Source of the DNA: Limisphaerales bacterium
GTDB taxonomy: Bacteria; Verrucomicrobiota; Verrucomicrobiia; Limisphaerales; SIBE01
Direction: 5' to 3'
Length of the DNA stretch: 40,900 nucleotides
Assembly (NCBI GenBank): GCA_044225505.1
Contig: JBGAIN010000064.1
Coordinates: 1 to 40,900, forward strand
How positions within the stretch are numbered: position 1 is the first letter of the stretch; each line of letters opens with the position of its first letter. Below, in pieces: positions 1 through 13,100 of this stretch. The position numbers and the translations under genes are program-made. The notes beneath the pieces were generated by a model. The model searched no databases. It saw only the letters and a program-made list of their open reading frames with translations, and was not told where the DNA came from.

Positions 1-1100
1 GTTCTCGCCGCCGTCGGAGACAAAGTCGCGGTCGTTGGCCAACCTTTAACATTCACCGTGCGAGTCACCGACCCGGATGAGGATCCCTTGACGTTTACCG
101 CTGACGGATTGCCTAACGGCGCGGTGTTCCTGGGAACCGATACTTACGGGGTGGCTCAGTTTACCTGGATTCCAGCGGTTGCCGATACCGGGCCGCACCA
201 GATTACCTTGCGTGTTTCTGACAGCGGAAATAACGGTGCAGCAAGCAAAGCCACGGCGGCCGCGACGATCCGCGTCGTCGTCCGGAGTTCGAATACGGCA
301 CCGCTGCTGGCGGACGTTCCTCAGAAGAGTGTCGGGCAGGGCTCGTTGCTCAATTTCGGTCTCGCGGCTAGCGATCCTGACGCAGATCCGTTGACCTTCC
401 TGGCGAGTGACCTTCCTCGGGGAGCCTCGTTGAATCCGCAAACGGGTCAATTCCGTTGGATGCCGGATTTTGCGCAATTGGGCCGTTATGAGTTCACGGT
501 CACCGCCAGCGATGGTCAGGCGCAAGCCACCCAATATGTCACGATCGACGTAACGAAAACAAACCGAGCCCCGGAGATGGCGACGCCTCAGCCGGTGTTG
601 GGGCAGGAAGGGGTGCGGATGAGCTTTAAAGTCGGAGGTGGTGATCCTGACGGAGATTCGTTGCTTTTCTTCGTCGAACAACTCCCCCCGGGAGCTAATT
701 TTGATGCGCAAACGCAACTCTTTAGTTGGACACCGAGTTTCGATCAGGCAGGCGTTTATCAGATCATTTTCGGTGTCCAAGATACGTCCGGAGTCCGGGC
801 GACGACGAGCGGCCTGGTACAGGTGCTTAACGTCAATAGACCGCCACTGGTTCCGATCCCAGATGCCCACCAAATAGTAGTCGGCCATTCGTTTACAACG
901 ACGGTTGCGGCGAATGATCCGGACAATGACAAGTTAAACATGACCGCTGGCAATCTGCCCGCGGGCGCGAGCTTCGACCAGAAGACGGCCCAGTTCACGT
1001 GGACCCCGGTCGGCGCCCAGGCCGGACGTTATGACATCCCGATCACGGTCAGTGATGGGCTGTCTTCGGTGACGCGGTTGTTGGCCTTGGTTGTCACGCC
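1..1100 (+). repeat. Four tandem ~90-aa cadherin-like/He_PIG (putative Ig) repeats within the giant ORF
   Basis: Recurring N.AP...DPD.D.L.F...LP.GA.F......F.W.P.....G.Y.......D units starting near 1, 292, 562 and 835. Confidence 0.85.
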
Positions 1101-4100
1101 CCAAGCGCTTTCGCCCAACGTCCGGATTGAATTGACGCCGGGTTTTGCGGTGGTGCCTGGTGCGCCCGTTGTTATTCAATTAGCGGCCAGTAGTATCAGT
1201 CCCATTCGCTCCATTCGAGTGTCGTTAGGCGGAGTGGTTCAAGTGTTGGACCCTTTTAATCGAGTCACCTTCCGTCCCGATGCACCAGGGATCTACACGG
1301 TCGAAGCGACGGCTACGGATGCCGACGACGTCGTCGGAACAACCGTCGCGGAAGTGCTGGTGCGCGATCCTCTGGACCGCGTTGCTCCAGTTGTCAATCT
1401 CGCGGATGAGGCCTTGCTGGCCGTTGTGACAGCGCCGTTGCAAGTCTCTGGAGCGGTGGCAGATTCCAACCTGAATTCTTGGGAATTGACGATCGCTCCG
1501 TTGGGTGGCGGAGAGGCTACGGTCTTGGCCTCCGGTCGCGCAGTTCGAGACACGTCCTTGCCGTTGGGAACGTTAAATCCGGCGAACTTCGAGAATGGCG
1601 CATACGTTGTGAGTCTATCGGCCGAGGACTTGAGTGGTCGAATCAGTCATAGCGAGCGACTCGTGGAGATCAACACGCCCACCAAGGCAGGTGCTTACAA
1701 TCGATTCGAAACGGACTTTGCGATCACTTTGGATGGTATCACCCTGCCAGTCGCTCGACGCTATTCCAGCCTCAACGCAGGCCAGTCCGGTGCGTTTGGC
1801 TTTGGTTGGGAGTTTGTTCTCGCCGAGCCGAATGTAACGACTAATGTTGCTCCAACGGGCTATGAATCGGACGGACTTTTTGGGGCGTTCCGGACGACAA
1901 CGAGAGCATATTTCACTTTGCCAGACGGCAGCCGAAGCGGATTCACATTTTCGCCTGTCATTATTGAAAGTGGTGAACGCAACTACTATAGACCCGCTTG
2001 GAAATCGGATGCAGGAGTTTCCTACACTCTTTCCAGCGGTTCCGCCGTATTACAGGAAGTTGAAGGCGCGTTCTATCAAGTGGGCACAGGACTGCCTTAT
2101 AACCCGGCATCCGCCAGATTTGGCATTTTCGACTACGGGGTGACGGCTTCCGACGGCACGCAGTACTTCTATTCCGCGGCGGGCGGGTTGCGCGAGATTG
2201 ACGGGGTATCTGGTCAACGACTGACGTGGAGCGGCACTGGGGTGAACGCGTCCGACGGCAGTCACATAGCTATCGAACGCGGAGCTGATGGCCACGTGAA
2301 TCGAATCGTTGCCCCGGACGGTTCTCAAGCAGTCTACACCTACGACGACACTGGCAATTTACTCCAGGTAACCGTCTTGGAGGGGAACCGCCGGACTTGG
2401 TTAGGCTATCACGCCAATGCCGATCATCTTTTAGTTAACGTGGCTGCCTCTCAGGCCGAAGTGATTCGGTATGATTCGGAGGGTCTGCTGCTCGGCGTCG
2501 ACCTTGTTGGCAACGTGCTCGGAACTACTCGCCAGTTCTTGGGTCAGAATCAGGCAGTCCCGCTGACCGCTCTGATCCCGAGCACCGGCCGTGATGCGAC
2601 AATTTACCGGTCCGACATCATCTTGGGCGCTGGAGAATTGAACACGTCGCAGTCCGGAAAAGTGACGCTGGGTATCGAGGTGGAAGCGGCAGGTTGGCAG
2701 CCAGCGGCAGCTTCTGTGCGAGGTGTGACGGTCGGCTTTACGCAGATGAGTGGAGGCAAGAGTCTGGCGCTTGTGACGTTGGATCAACCCGGCCCCTATG
2801 TGATCGAGTTTTCGGCCGTACCCGGTTCCACGACCGCGGCTTTTTCCTATACCGTGTTTCTGGCGGGGGATGCCAACACGGACGGGGCAGTTGATGGGAA
2901 CGACCAGGCGATCGTCCAGGGGGCCGATGGGAAGAGATTGGGCGAATCTGGATACATCGCCGCGGCAGACTGGAATCGGGACAACGTGATCGATGCTAAG
3001 GATGCGGCGTACGTCGGGGCGAGTTTCGGGTTCTTGGCAAACCAGGTTCCAACCGTCCAGAAGTTGCCCCTCTCCACTGTCCAGGGGCAGCCTTTAACGA
3101 TCGACCTGCATTCACTGGCGCTGGATCCCGATGGCAACTTGCTCTATTTCCTAGTTGGCAGCGCCACTCACGGGGACATTCGTCTGGTCAATGGCGGGCG
3201 CACCGCCATCTTCACTCCCAACGGCGACTTTACTGGAACCGCTTCGTTTGTTCTTCAAGCTGATGACGGTTCATTGCGGTCGGCGCAGACGACCGTGAAT
3301 GTCCAAGTGGTCCCGGTGACGTTTAATCGCTTCACTTTCGGAGGAGCGGACTCTGTTATCGCGATCGGTCAAACCGTCCCGCTCCAATTGTCGGGAGAGT
3401 ATTCCGGAGGAACATTGGTGCTGAGCGCCGAGAGTTACGCGGTTGGTTCCAGCAATCCAAAGGTTGCCTCCGTCGGACCGGATGGGCGGGTTTTGGGCAT
3501 CGGTCCTGGATCCGCTACGATTACGTTCACCTTGAAGAACGGCGGGGTGGTGGCGACCGCTGTCACGGTTGGTAAAGCGGACGAGCGGTTGCTCGAATTC
3601 TATCCCGAGTCCTACGCCCTGCAGCCAGGAGAGACGCGCCAGATCGTGGTTCGGGAGCGATTGGAAAATACGGTCGAGAATCGATCGGCAGCTGCTTCCG
3701 GGACGGCCTACTTTTTGAGTGATCCTGCGTTGGCCAGCATAACGGCGGACGGCTTGTTGACCGCGTCCGCGTCGGGAACGGTCACCGTCACCGTCGTCAA
3801 TGGCGGCCAGAGTCGATTGGCGGTCTTCCAGATTAGCGTCGCTGGGAATAACGGAACGGTTGTCGGCCCAAGCGGTGGCGTGGTGCAGGCATCCGGAACG
3901 ATCTTGGGCATCCCAGGCGGCGCACTAGACTCGGATACCCAGATTCGCATTCGGTCGGTTGGGCAGAGTGAGTTGCCGTTTGCTTTGCCGGCAAACTGGG
4001 ATTTTGCGGCTGCCATTCAGGTCGAATTAGGTCCTTCGTTTCTGAATGCCGGCGTAAGCTTGAACCTGGCCGCGCCGTCTGGTGCAAAGCCAGGTGACGT

Positions 4101-7100
4101 TTTGTATGTTTTTGAACCAGGAACAGTCGCTGGGGAAGATGGTCAGTCTTCCGAGCAAGCCTGGCTGTTAGCGGACACTTTAACCGTGGGAAGCGACGGG
4201 CGAATGCGCACCACGTCGCCGCCCAATATTGGCGTCTACAACCGACCATTTGACTTCAACTTGCTGTTCAAACCTGCCGGCGTCGGTCTGGCAGTGATCA
4301 GTTCGACTAGTATTCTCGGGGTTGTTGCCGGGCTGGACCTATTGAGTTTGCGCTTGCAGGCGAACCAGATGGTCCAACGTCAGCAGCAGGTCGTTCCAGG
4401 GGCAGGGGGCAAAACGACTGTCCAAACGGGATACCAGCCAATCGTTAGTCTCCAATCGCAGTTCGGCGATGGCAGCAACAATGGCCCGCGCTATTATGCG
4501 GTTTCCAGTCCGTTGGGCGACCTGCTGATCCCGGTGCCGGCCCGAGTCAACTATACCATGACGACGCGCTACGTGGAGCCGACCGGTTTTGTTACGGTCA
4601 ATTCCACGGGAGTCCGCCTCGAGCCAGGGGACTACACAACGCACGCTCTCGTGCAACCGCCGCGTTACATTGCCAAGGGCGCGCAGCCTCCGGTCATTCA
4701 GGAGATGACCTTCAATTTCGGCAGCCTGAACAATCCGTTGCCCGCCCCTCAGCTCGAAATCAGTGGCAGCGACTTTGTTTTAAAGAAGGACCCTTGGTTT
4801 GGTGCACCAAGTTTTCTCGGCAGCAAAGTCAGCGACCTGTTTGTGACGATTGAAATCGGGGGACGGGACACATTTGATGCCAAAGGAAACGTTCTTCCGG
4901 TGGGCGGTCGTGACGCCGTGATTTCGGGCTCGGATCTCACGTTGACCAAAGAAGGGAAGTTGATCGCTTCTCTTCCGGCCGGAGTGATGGTAGCGGGCGG
5001 GTATGTCACGGTCAGCCGCAAGATGTGGCAGCCACTGGACGGGACTTGGAAAATCCAAGTCATCACGGGCAATCCGGCGCAGCTCGTTCCCAACAACCGT
5101 TACTCCTTTGCTGTGAACAGTGGCGATGGAACGCTGAGCGTCATCGACAATTTCCATATTGGTCAGCAGGAAGTTCCCGACCCGACCAAAGATGATCCCG
5201 GGCGCACGAAGTTCATCGACGAACCCAATCCGATCGAAATCGCGCGGATACCGTTCAAGGGCGGTGCGGCTGGATCGACCCTGAGTCCGCGAAACTCGAC
5301 GGTGACTTTTGATGGGAGTCGAGTTTACGTCACGCTGAATGGCGCGGCTGGGGTGGCGGTGATCGACGCGGTCGCTTTGCAGCAGATCGACACGGTACTG
5401 GACGATCCAGCCGACTCGAAGACTGTGGGCATCCAGTTCATTCCGCTGGCCCCAGGTTCGCGTCCGTTCGACTTGGTGGCGGAGCCGAGCGGGCGATACC
5501 TGTACGTCAGTGACGAGAGTAATGCGGCCATCTATGTCGTTGATATCGACCCTTTCTCAAAGACGTTCCATACCATGGTGCAGACCATTCCCGTCGCACC
5601 GGCTGGGTTGGGCTTGCGAGGACTCGCACTGAACTCGGATGGGAGCCTGCTATTCGCGACTGCGCCAGGTCGAACATTGTTTGGGAACTATAGCGCGACA
5701 ACGGGCAGTTTGATCGTGATTCGCACGAACATCGCCACTCGAAAAGCTCCGCAGTTGGATCCGGATCAACCTTCGATCGAAGTGGGACCCGAGCCCTACG
5801 ATATAACCGGCACGGACGATCCCAAAGTCATGTTGTTTGTCGACCGTTTGGATGATTCACGAGGCGTGGGCGTTCTGCGCCTGAAAACCATTGGAAAAAC
5901 TGCCCGGTGGATCCCTGATTACATTGACTTGCGGCCGTTTGGTGAAATCGAACGGTTTGTCGAGGGACGTCCAACTCAAGTCTTCGGTGTGACCAACGCG
6001 AGCAGCATTGTCTTTCTGCCGGCAAACGCACTCAAGAAAGCTATTGGAGAACACCCTTCCTACGCTTTCATTACCGGATATAACAAATTCGTCCAGGGCG
6101 ATCCCAAGCACGATCCCAATCTGGGCGGTTTTGAGGCTTACAATTACTACTTCAAGGATTCAAAAACCAATTTAACGGTCAGCGTGCCGATCAACGCGGG
6201 CGGAAACATAGGCATTATTCGCAATCCTCTCGGCGATTTTGATGATCCGCTCGGCTATACCGTTCCTCGGTTAGTTGCGGCTACCAGCCCGATTCCCAAC
6301 AGTTTCCCAGAAGGGATCGCGATCGCTCCAGGAACGTTCACGGTCTATGCCGGCTACCAGTCGCTCAACCGAGCAGTGGCTTACAACTCGGTTGAAATGA
6401 TTGCGAAGATTGAATCGGAAGCGAAAGGAAAGGCGATTTCCTCTTATGCCCAAAATGTCAGCGGCGCTGGCGATCGATTCAGTAAACTGGACGGGTCTCC
6501 ATTGACTCGTTTGCTCCGTGGACCGCTCAGCTCAGTGCCGATCGACGCTTACGATCCTGCGGTCATTTTGCGTGCGGACTTTTTCGGAGTATTCGACGAC
6601 AAGAGTGGTATCCCTTATGTGGGTGGCCCTCTGGCGAATATCAGCGTTCCGATCGTGCTCGGTCGCCTGCCGCGCGGGCTATCCGCTCCGCCATTGGTGA
6701 GCGGAGCAGTTGTGGCCCTCGATGCCACGCCGTACAACCAAACCCCCACGCTGAACGAATACCCCAATGACACCCTCAGTGTTCCCGTGGGAGTCACTGC
6801 GGGTGCAAACGCGCAAACGGGCGCGCTGGCTGAAACGCATCCGTTGGTCACGTATTCGTCCATGGGGTTGAACCAGGGTTTAACACTCAACTATAATTCG
6901 CTTCGAGCGGATCCGTTGTTTATTTACTATTTTGCCTTGCGCGCTCTGCCGGAGAATCCGGCCGATTTAACATTGGTGGTGCGGTTGACCATTCGGGATG
7001 ATACTGGCCACTTGGTCCAGGCCGATGGCATGTCCGCCACCGATGCCGCTCAGGCAGGACTGACCGGGGGCGAGATCTTCTTCAAGTTGCCAGAATCGAT

Positions 7101-10100
7101 TCCTGACGGCGAGAGCTTCGGTGCCGGTATACCGATTGACGCCAGGAAACTACCCACCGGACTTTACACGGCGTCGCTCGAGTATGGGGTTTTCAAGCGC
7201 GAGGCCAATGGTAAGTTTGTCAACGGCCGATTCTTTACGTTCACTCAACCGTATGCGGTAGTCAACAAGTCGGAGGGCCCATTCGGAGCAGGGTGGGGGA
7301 TCAGTGGCGTCTACGAGCTGTATCCGGGCGATGCCGGCGTGTTGCTTGTGGATGGTTCCGGTCGCGAAGAAATCTATCTTGCACCGCAGAACGTCGGCGA
7401 TGCATTCACCGCTCTGTCTTCGTCGGACTATTCAAACCTGTACCAGCTAAATGATGGAACCTTCGTGCTCCGGAGCAAGGACGGGGTGGAGATTCGGTTT
7501 GATCAAAACGGGAAGATGATTCAGAGGAAGGATCGCAATGATAATAAGATCATTTATAAATGGTCCGGAGACAACCTGACGGACGTGACAGATTCCGTCG
7601 GGCTGACGACAACTCTAAGCTATTCGGGCGGCTTGCTGCAGACCGTGACGGATCCGGCCGGCCGAGTTACAAAGTTCGGATATAGCGGGTCGGGAAATCT
7701 GGCGTCGATCACGGATCCGGACAATGCCAAAACAACTTACGCTTACGGGAATAGTAAATATTCCCATTTAATCACGGGTGTCACTTTGCCTCGCGGAAAT
7801 GATCCAGCTGAATCGAGTGGATTTAAATTTGAGGAGAAAATCGAATATGATGAGAACGGCCGAGTGAAAGCGGCGACGCGGGTAGATGGCAAATCCATCA
7901 CGTTGGCAGCTGCACAAATGTTGCACGTGGTCGATCTCTCTGCCGCCCGCGTTCCCGGAACGCCCGGGACCACGGTGGAGTTAAGCAGCCGCGACAAAGA
8001 TGCCAACGGGAATGATACCACCACCTACACCGCTCGGGCGACCTACACCGATTTTAATGGTCGAACTCTAACCTTCACGATGACCGGTTTCGGTCAATTC
8101 CGATCGGACAAAGATCAACAAGATGGCGTTAAGACAGAGAATGATCGGCGAGATTCTGCAGACGGCTATGTCACGAAGATCACCGATCAGGAAAATAACG
8201 TGGTTGAGTACGTATACGACGCGTTTGGCAATGTTCTAACCAAGACGGACTATCCGAATGGAACAGCGGTGGTGGAAACTTACACTTACGATTTGCGATG
8301 GTCTTTTGTCGCCACTCAAGTGGATTCGATCGGACGGGAATATGTCAATCAGTTCGACGCGCACGGGAATGTGCTGAGCACCACGATTACGGATCCTCAC
8401 GCACCCGCTGGGTCGCCCAGCACGGTTGTGCTTCAATTCACTTATTACGGGAATGGGCTAATCCGCACGTCATCCGATGGTGAAGGCAACACCACGACGT
8501 TTACTTATGATCAATATGGTCGAACCAAGACGATTGCATATTTGGACGGTTCCTCGAAGGGCTTCGAGTACGGGGACCTTACAGGGAATCCCACGGCCGT
8601 GACCGACGAGGTTGGGGTCCGCACGAGAATGACCTACGACCCCATGAATCGATTGAAAACACGCTCTGTCTCGTCGGCGTCAGCGCAGAGTGGTTCTTGG
8701 GATTGGAAGAACTCCTACGACGCGGCGGGGAACCTCGTGGATGCTACAAACTCAAACGGCAAAGTGGCGAAAAGCGGTTACGACCAGCTCAATCGAACTT
8801 TGAGTGTAACGATTGACGCGAGCGACTTGGCGCTCAAAACGCTGTATGGGTATGAATACGGAAGCCTCAGTGTCCCGTATGCCGTCAAGCCGGAAACAAA
8901 GGGTAGCTATCTTTACAAACAAGATCCGAACGGCAACGTCACGGTCCAGGTGTTTGACCGAAAAGGCCTCTTGGTGCGGAGTTACTCGGCGAACGGCGCT
9001 CAGACGACGTATGTTCGGGACAAAGCCGGGCGGTTGCGAGCTCAGGAGAATCCAGACGGCGGAGTGATGAAGTTCACAGTCGACGGTCGGGGACGCGTGA
9101 CATTGCAGGAGGGGCCGACACAAGAGAGCGTGACCTTTGTTTATGACAATGCCAATCGCATCACTCAGCAGATCGTGCGCAATGATGCTCGCGACGGTGG
9201 CGACCAAGCGACGCTGACGGATTATAATTTGTTTAACTTGCCGGGCCTGGTGACGGGTCCGGAAGGAAGTGTGACCAGGATCTACTATGACAAGGCCGGG
9301 AATGTCACGATGAAGATCGAAGCTGCAGGGAGTCCGGTCGAATTCACGACGACTTACACGTATGATGCCCGTAAACGTGAAACAAGCCGCGTTTTGAACG
9401 GAGTCGCTACGGTCATCACGACTTATTACCCGGATGGAACCGTCAAGACTGTCTCTGATCCTCGTTCCTCCAGCATTGTGACCACCTTTGGTTACGACGA
9501 GGTAAAGCACCAAATCAGCCGCACCGATGGCGCGGGTGGAGTCTGGATGTCGATATTTGACGGAGAAGGAAACCTCCTTTCACGATCTGATCCGCGCGGC
9601 GCGTCGTCTGCTTGGACTTACTCGTACGATGGTGCAAATCGGATGACGACCCAAACCGATCCCTATAGCGGGGTCACCGCTTACAAGTACGATAACAACG
9701 GTAACACGGCCGAGGTCCGCGATCCAAGGGGTGGAGTAACTTCATTCGCGTATAACGTGCTCAACCTGATCGAGAAGCTAACGGACGCGGAAAAGGGGAT
9801 CACCCGTTACATCTACGATGAGATGGGCCGCACGAAGTCGATTACGGATGCGCGCGGCGCCGCCTACGTCACCCGCTACACCTATGACCATTCCGGGCGC
9901 GTGTTAACAGCGACCGATGCGCAAGGCCGAGTCACGACCAATTACTACGACCGGGTAGGAAATCTCTACCGCGTGGACGGCCCGCAGGGCGCGCAGTATC
10001 GCACTGAATATGTTTACGATCGCTTGAATCGTCGTCGGATCGTGACGGTCGCGCCGGGCACCGCCGACGAAGCGGTCACGCGGACGGATTTCAATCCGCT

Positions 10101-13100
10101 CGGACTCGTCAGCAGTGTCACGGACGCGTTGAATCACGTAACTTCTTACACTTACGACAAACTCAAATACGTCCAAACTCGGACGGATGCGTTTGGCACA
10201 GCCGACGCCGCGACTTGGATCTACGCTCACGACAAAGCTGGGAATCTCATCGCCGAGACAGATCCGCGAGGCAGCTTTTACACCACGACCTATGCCTACA
10301 ACGATCTTGGCCAACGCATTTCAATGACCAGCCCGCAAGGGACCCCGAATTCTGGCCACACCTCCACTGTGTTCTACACTTACGACCGCGCTGGGAATCT
10401 CGCGAGTCAGTCCGACGCACGCGATAAAGCCGTTCTAACACTTGTGGAATACGACTTGATGAATCGTTTGCACAAACGGACCACGCCGTCCGGCACGGTC
10501 GTTCTCGACTATGACGTCACGAGTAATTTGCATTTTGTAACAGATGCGGACGGCAACCTCACGACCTATGAATATGATCATTTGAAGCGCCAAACGGATG
10601 TTCTCACGTCTGACGGCGGACGAACGACCTTGGTTTATGATGCCGTGGGCCATGTTCGGTTGAAACTTGGGCCACAGACCACGGCTCAGGGCGGACGGGC
10701 GACGTGGGAATACGACTACGATTTGCTCGGAAGAGTCTGGCGCACCCTCGACCCCGAAGGGAATCCAACCATTACCACGTTCGACAGTGGGGACAATATT
10801 GAGTCAATCACCGATGCCCGCGGTTACAAAACCACCTACGTGCGCGATTTTCAGAATCGTGTGATTGGCGAGATTCGCCAGGCGGGCTCTGGCGAAGCCG
10901 ATGTGACGACAAGACTTCGCTACGACAAGCGGGGTAATCTCCTCGGATCAACCGACGCACGAGGCAATGTCACGACCTACGTTTACGATAGCCTGAACAG
11001 GGTCATCTCCGTGACAGCGCCGCCAGCCAATACTGGCGGGACATCGCGGAAGACAACGTATACCTATGACGCTAAGGGAAATCGCACGTCGACGACGGAC
11101 GCGCGTGGCAGTTTCTACAGCACGATCTACGTTTACGACGCCCAGGATCACTTGATCGAGGAGCAACGCCCGCAGGGAAGCCCCGACAACCCGGGTCCGG
11201 CGGCCGTTTACCGCTACGAGTATGATGACGCGGGTAATATCACCGCTGCTTTCGATCCCCGAGACAGCAGCTACGCGACCCGTTATTTTTACGATGCGAG
11301 TAACCGGATTTATCGAATTGAACGTTCTAACGACTCGCCGCTCCAGAGCGCTCCGGCCAGCGTTGAATTGTTGACCTACGATGCGGCTGGGAATCTCTTG
11401 ACCCGGACCGATTCGCGCGGCGCTGGTTCTATCACGATTTACACTTACGATTCCCAGAACCGGATCCAGACCGCAACCGATCCGGCGGGAAACAAGACCA
11501 CCTACGATTATGACTTCACCGGCAACGTGCTCAAGCAAACTGAGGCGGACGCCCTGACCGGCAAGACGCGGAGCTACGTTTTCACCTACGATGGATTGGG
11601 ACGACGAATTAGTGAAACGATCAATGGCGTTTTTGTCACGCAGTGGACCTACGATGAAACGGGCAACTTGGTGAGGATTGAAGGTCCGTTGCAGGGCCAG
11701 AACGGGAGCCGTTTTGTCGAGACCAGGTCTTACGATGGCCTGGCCAGGGTTATCGAAACGATGGACCGTGCCGGCAACACATCGCATATCAAGTATGATG
11801 CGAGCGGGAATCCCGTTGCGATCACGGACGGGCGTGGCGTGACCGTAGTGCAAGAGTTTTCTCCGGCTGGATTCCTTGAAGCTGTGCATCAGCCGATCGG
11901 TGTTCCGGGAGGGGGCAGCGCCGAGGTGGTGACCCGCTATGTGTACGACGAGGTGGGTAACTCGGTGCGCGTGATCGACCCGCGCGGGTCTGCGTTCGCA
12001 ACGGTCACGGTCTTCGACGCCCAAAATCGACCTCTCAAGATTACGGTCCAAGGAGGTGGAGTTACTCCGGACGCGGTGCAAGGTTTCAAATACGACCAGG
12101 TCGGAAACGTGACCGAGTCAACCGACGCGTTGGGACGAGTGACGAAGACCACCTACGACGCCCAAAGCCGTCCTGTTCGAATCGAGAGTCCGGCGGGTGC
12201 AGGTGCGACCTTGCGGATGGTGCACCAGGACTTGACTTATGATGCGGCGGGCAATGTGATCACCCTTCGCAGCCCGGGTGGGGACGCGTACACGTCGCAC
12301 ATGACTTACGACGCTTTGGGTCGTATGGCTACCATGACCGACGCGGCGGGGCAGACGGCTTCCTGGAAGTTTGATCGCTGGGGACAACTCATCGAGAACA
12401 CGAGCGTCCAAGGCAAACGGACCTATGAATACGACGCGCTCGGTCGACAAACTCGCATTACCGACGAGAATGGCGGCGAGACGTCGTTCGCCTACGCCGG
12501 CACCATAGCAGAGGTCATTGTGACTGATCCTGTTGGGAATAAGAGCCAACGGTTTTTCGATGGCTTGGGGCGAGTCGTCAGTGTGATCGATGCGGCGGGG
12601 AATACAACAGGTTTTGAGTATGATGCGGCGGGCAATCGAACGGCCATCATTGACGGGCGACACGTGCGAACGGAGTTTATCTTCGACGCGCGTGGCCTTT
12701 TGTTGAGCGAGACCCATGCTGCTGGCACTGCGAATGCCGTTACGGTCACGTATGCTTACGATGACCTTGGCCGTCTAAAGTCCGCGACGGATTACCGAGG
12801 CGCCTTCTTCGGCACGACCTACTCTTACGACGGCTTGGGGCATCGCTTGCAGATGGATCAACAAGTGGGGACCCCTCAGGATCCTCTGATCGCGACGACC
12901 CAGTGGGAGTACGACGCCCTGGGTAACATCACCGCAGAGATTGACCCGCGTGGGTTCCGCACGGAATTTGATTACGACGCCCGGAATCTCGTTACCGAGA
13001 TTCGAGCGGCTGACGGTCCGAAGGGTTCATCCATTGTGGCGGTGACCAAAAACGTGTACGACGATGCTGGCAAGCTCGTCGAGCAGACGACACCGCTCGG

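Noticed and set aside
58..60. GTG at 58 as the start of the giant protein
   Set aside because: The frame is open to base 1 and the position is inside a cadherin-like repeat, so the true start is upstream of the window.
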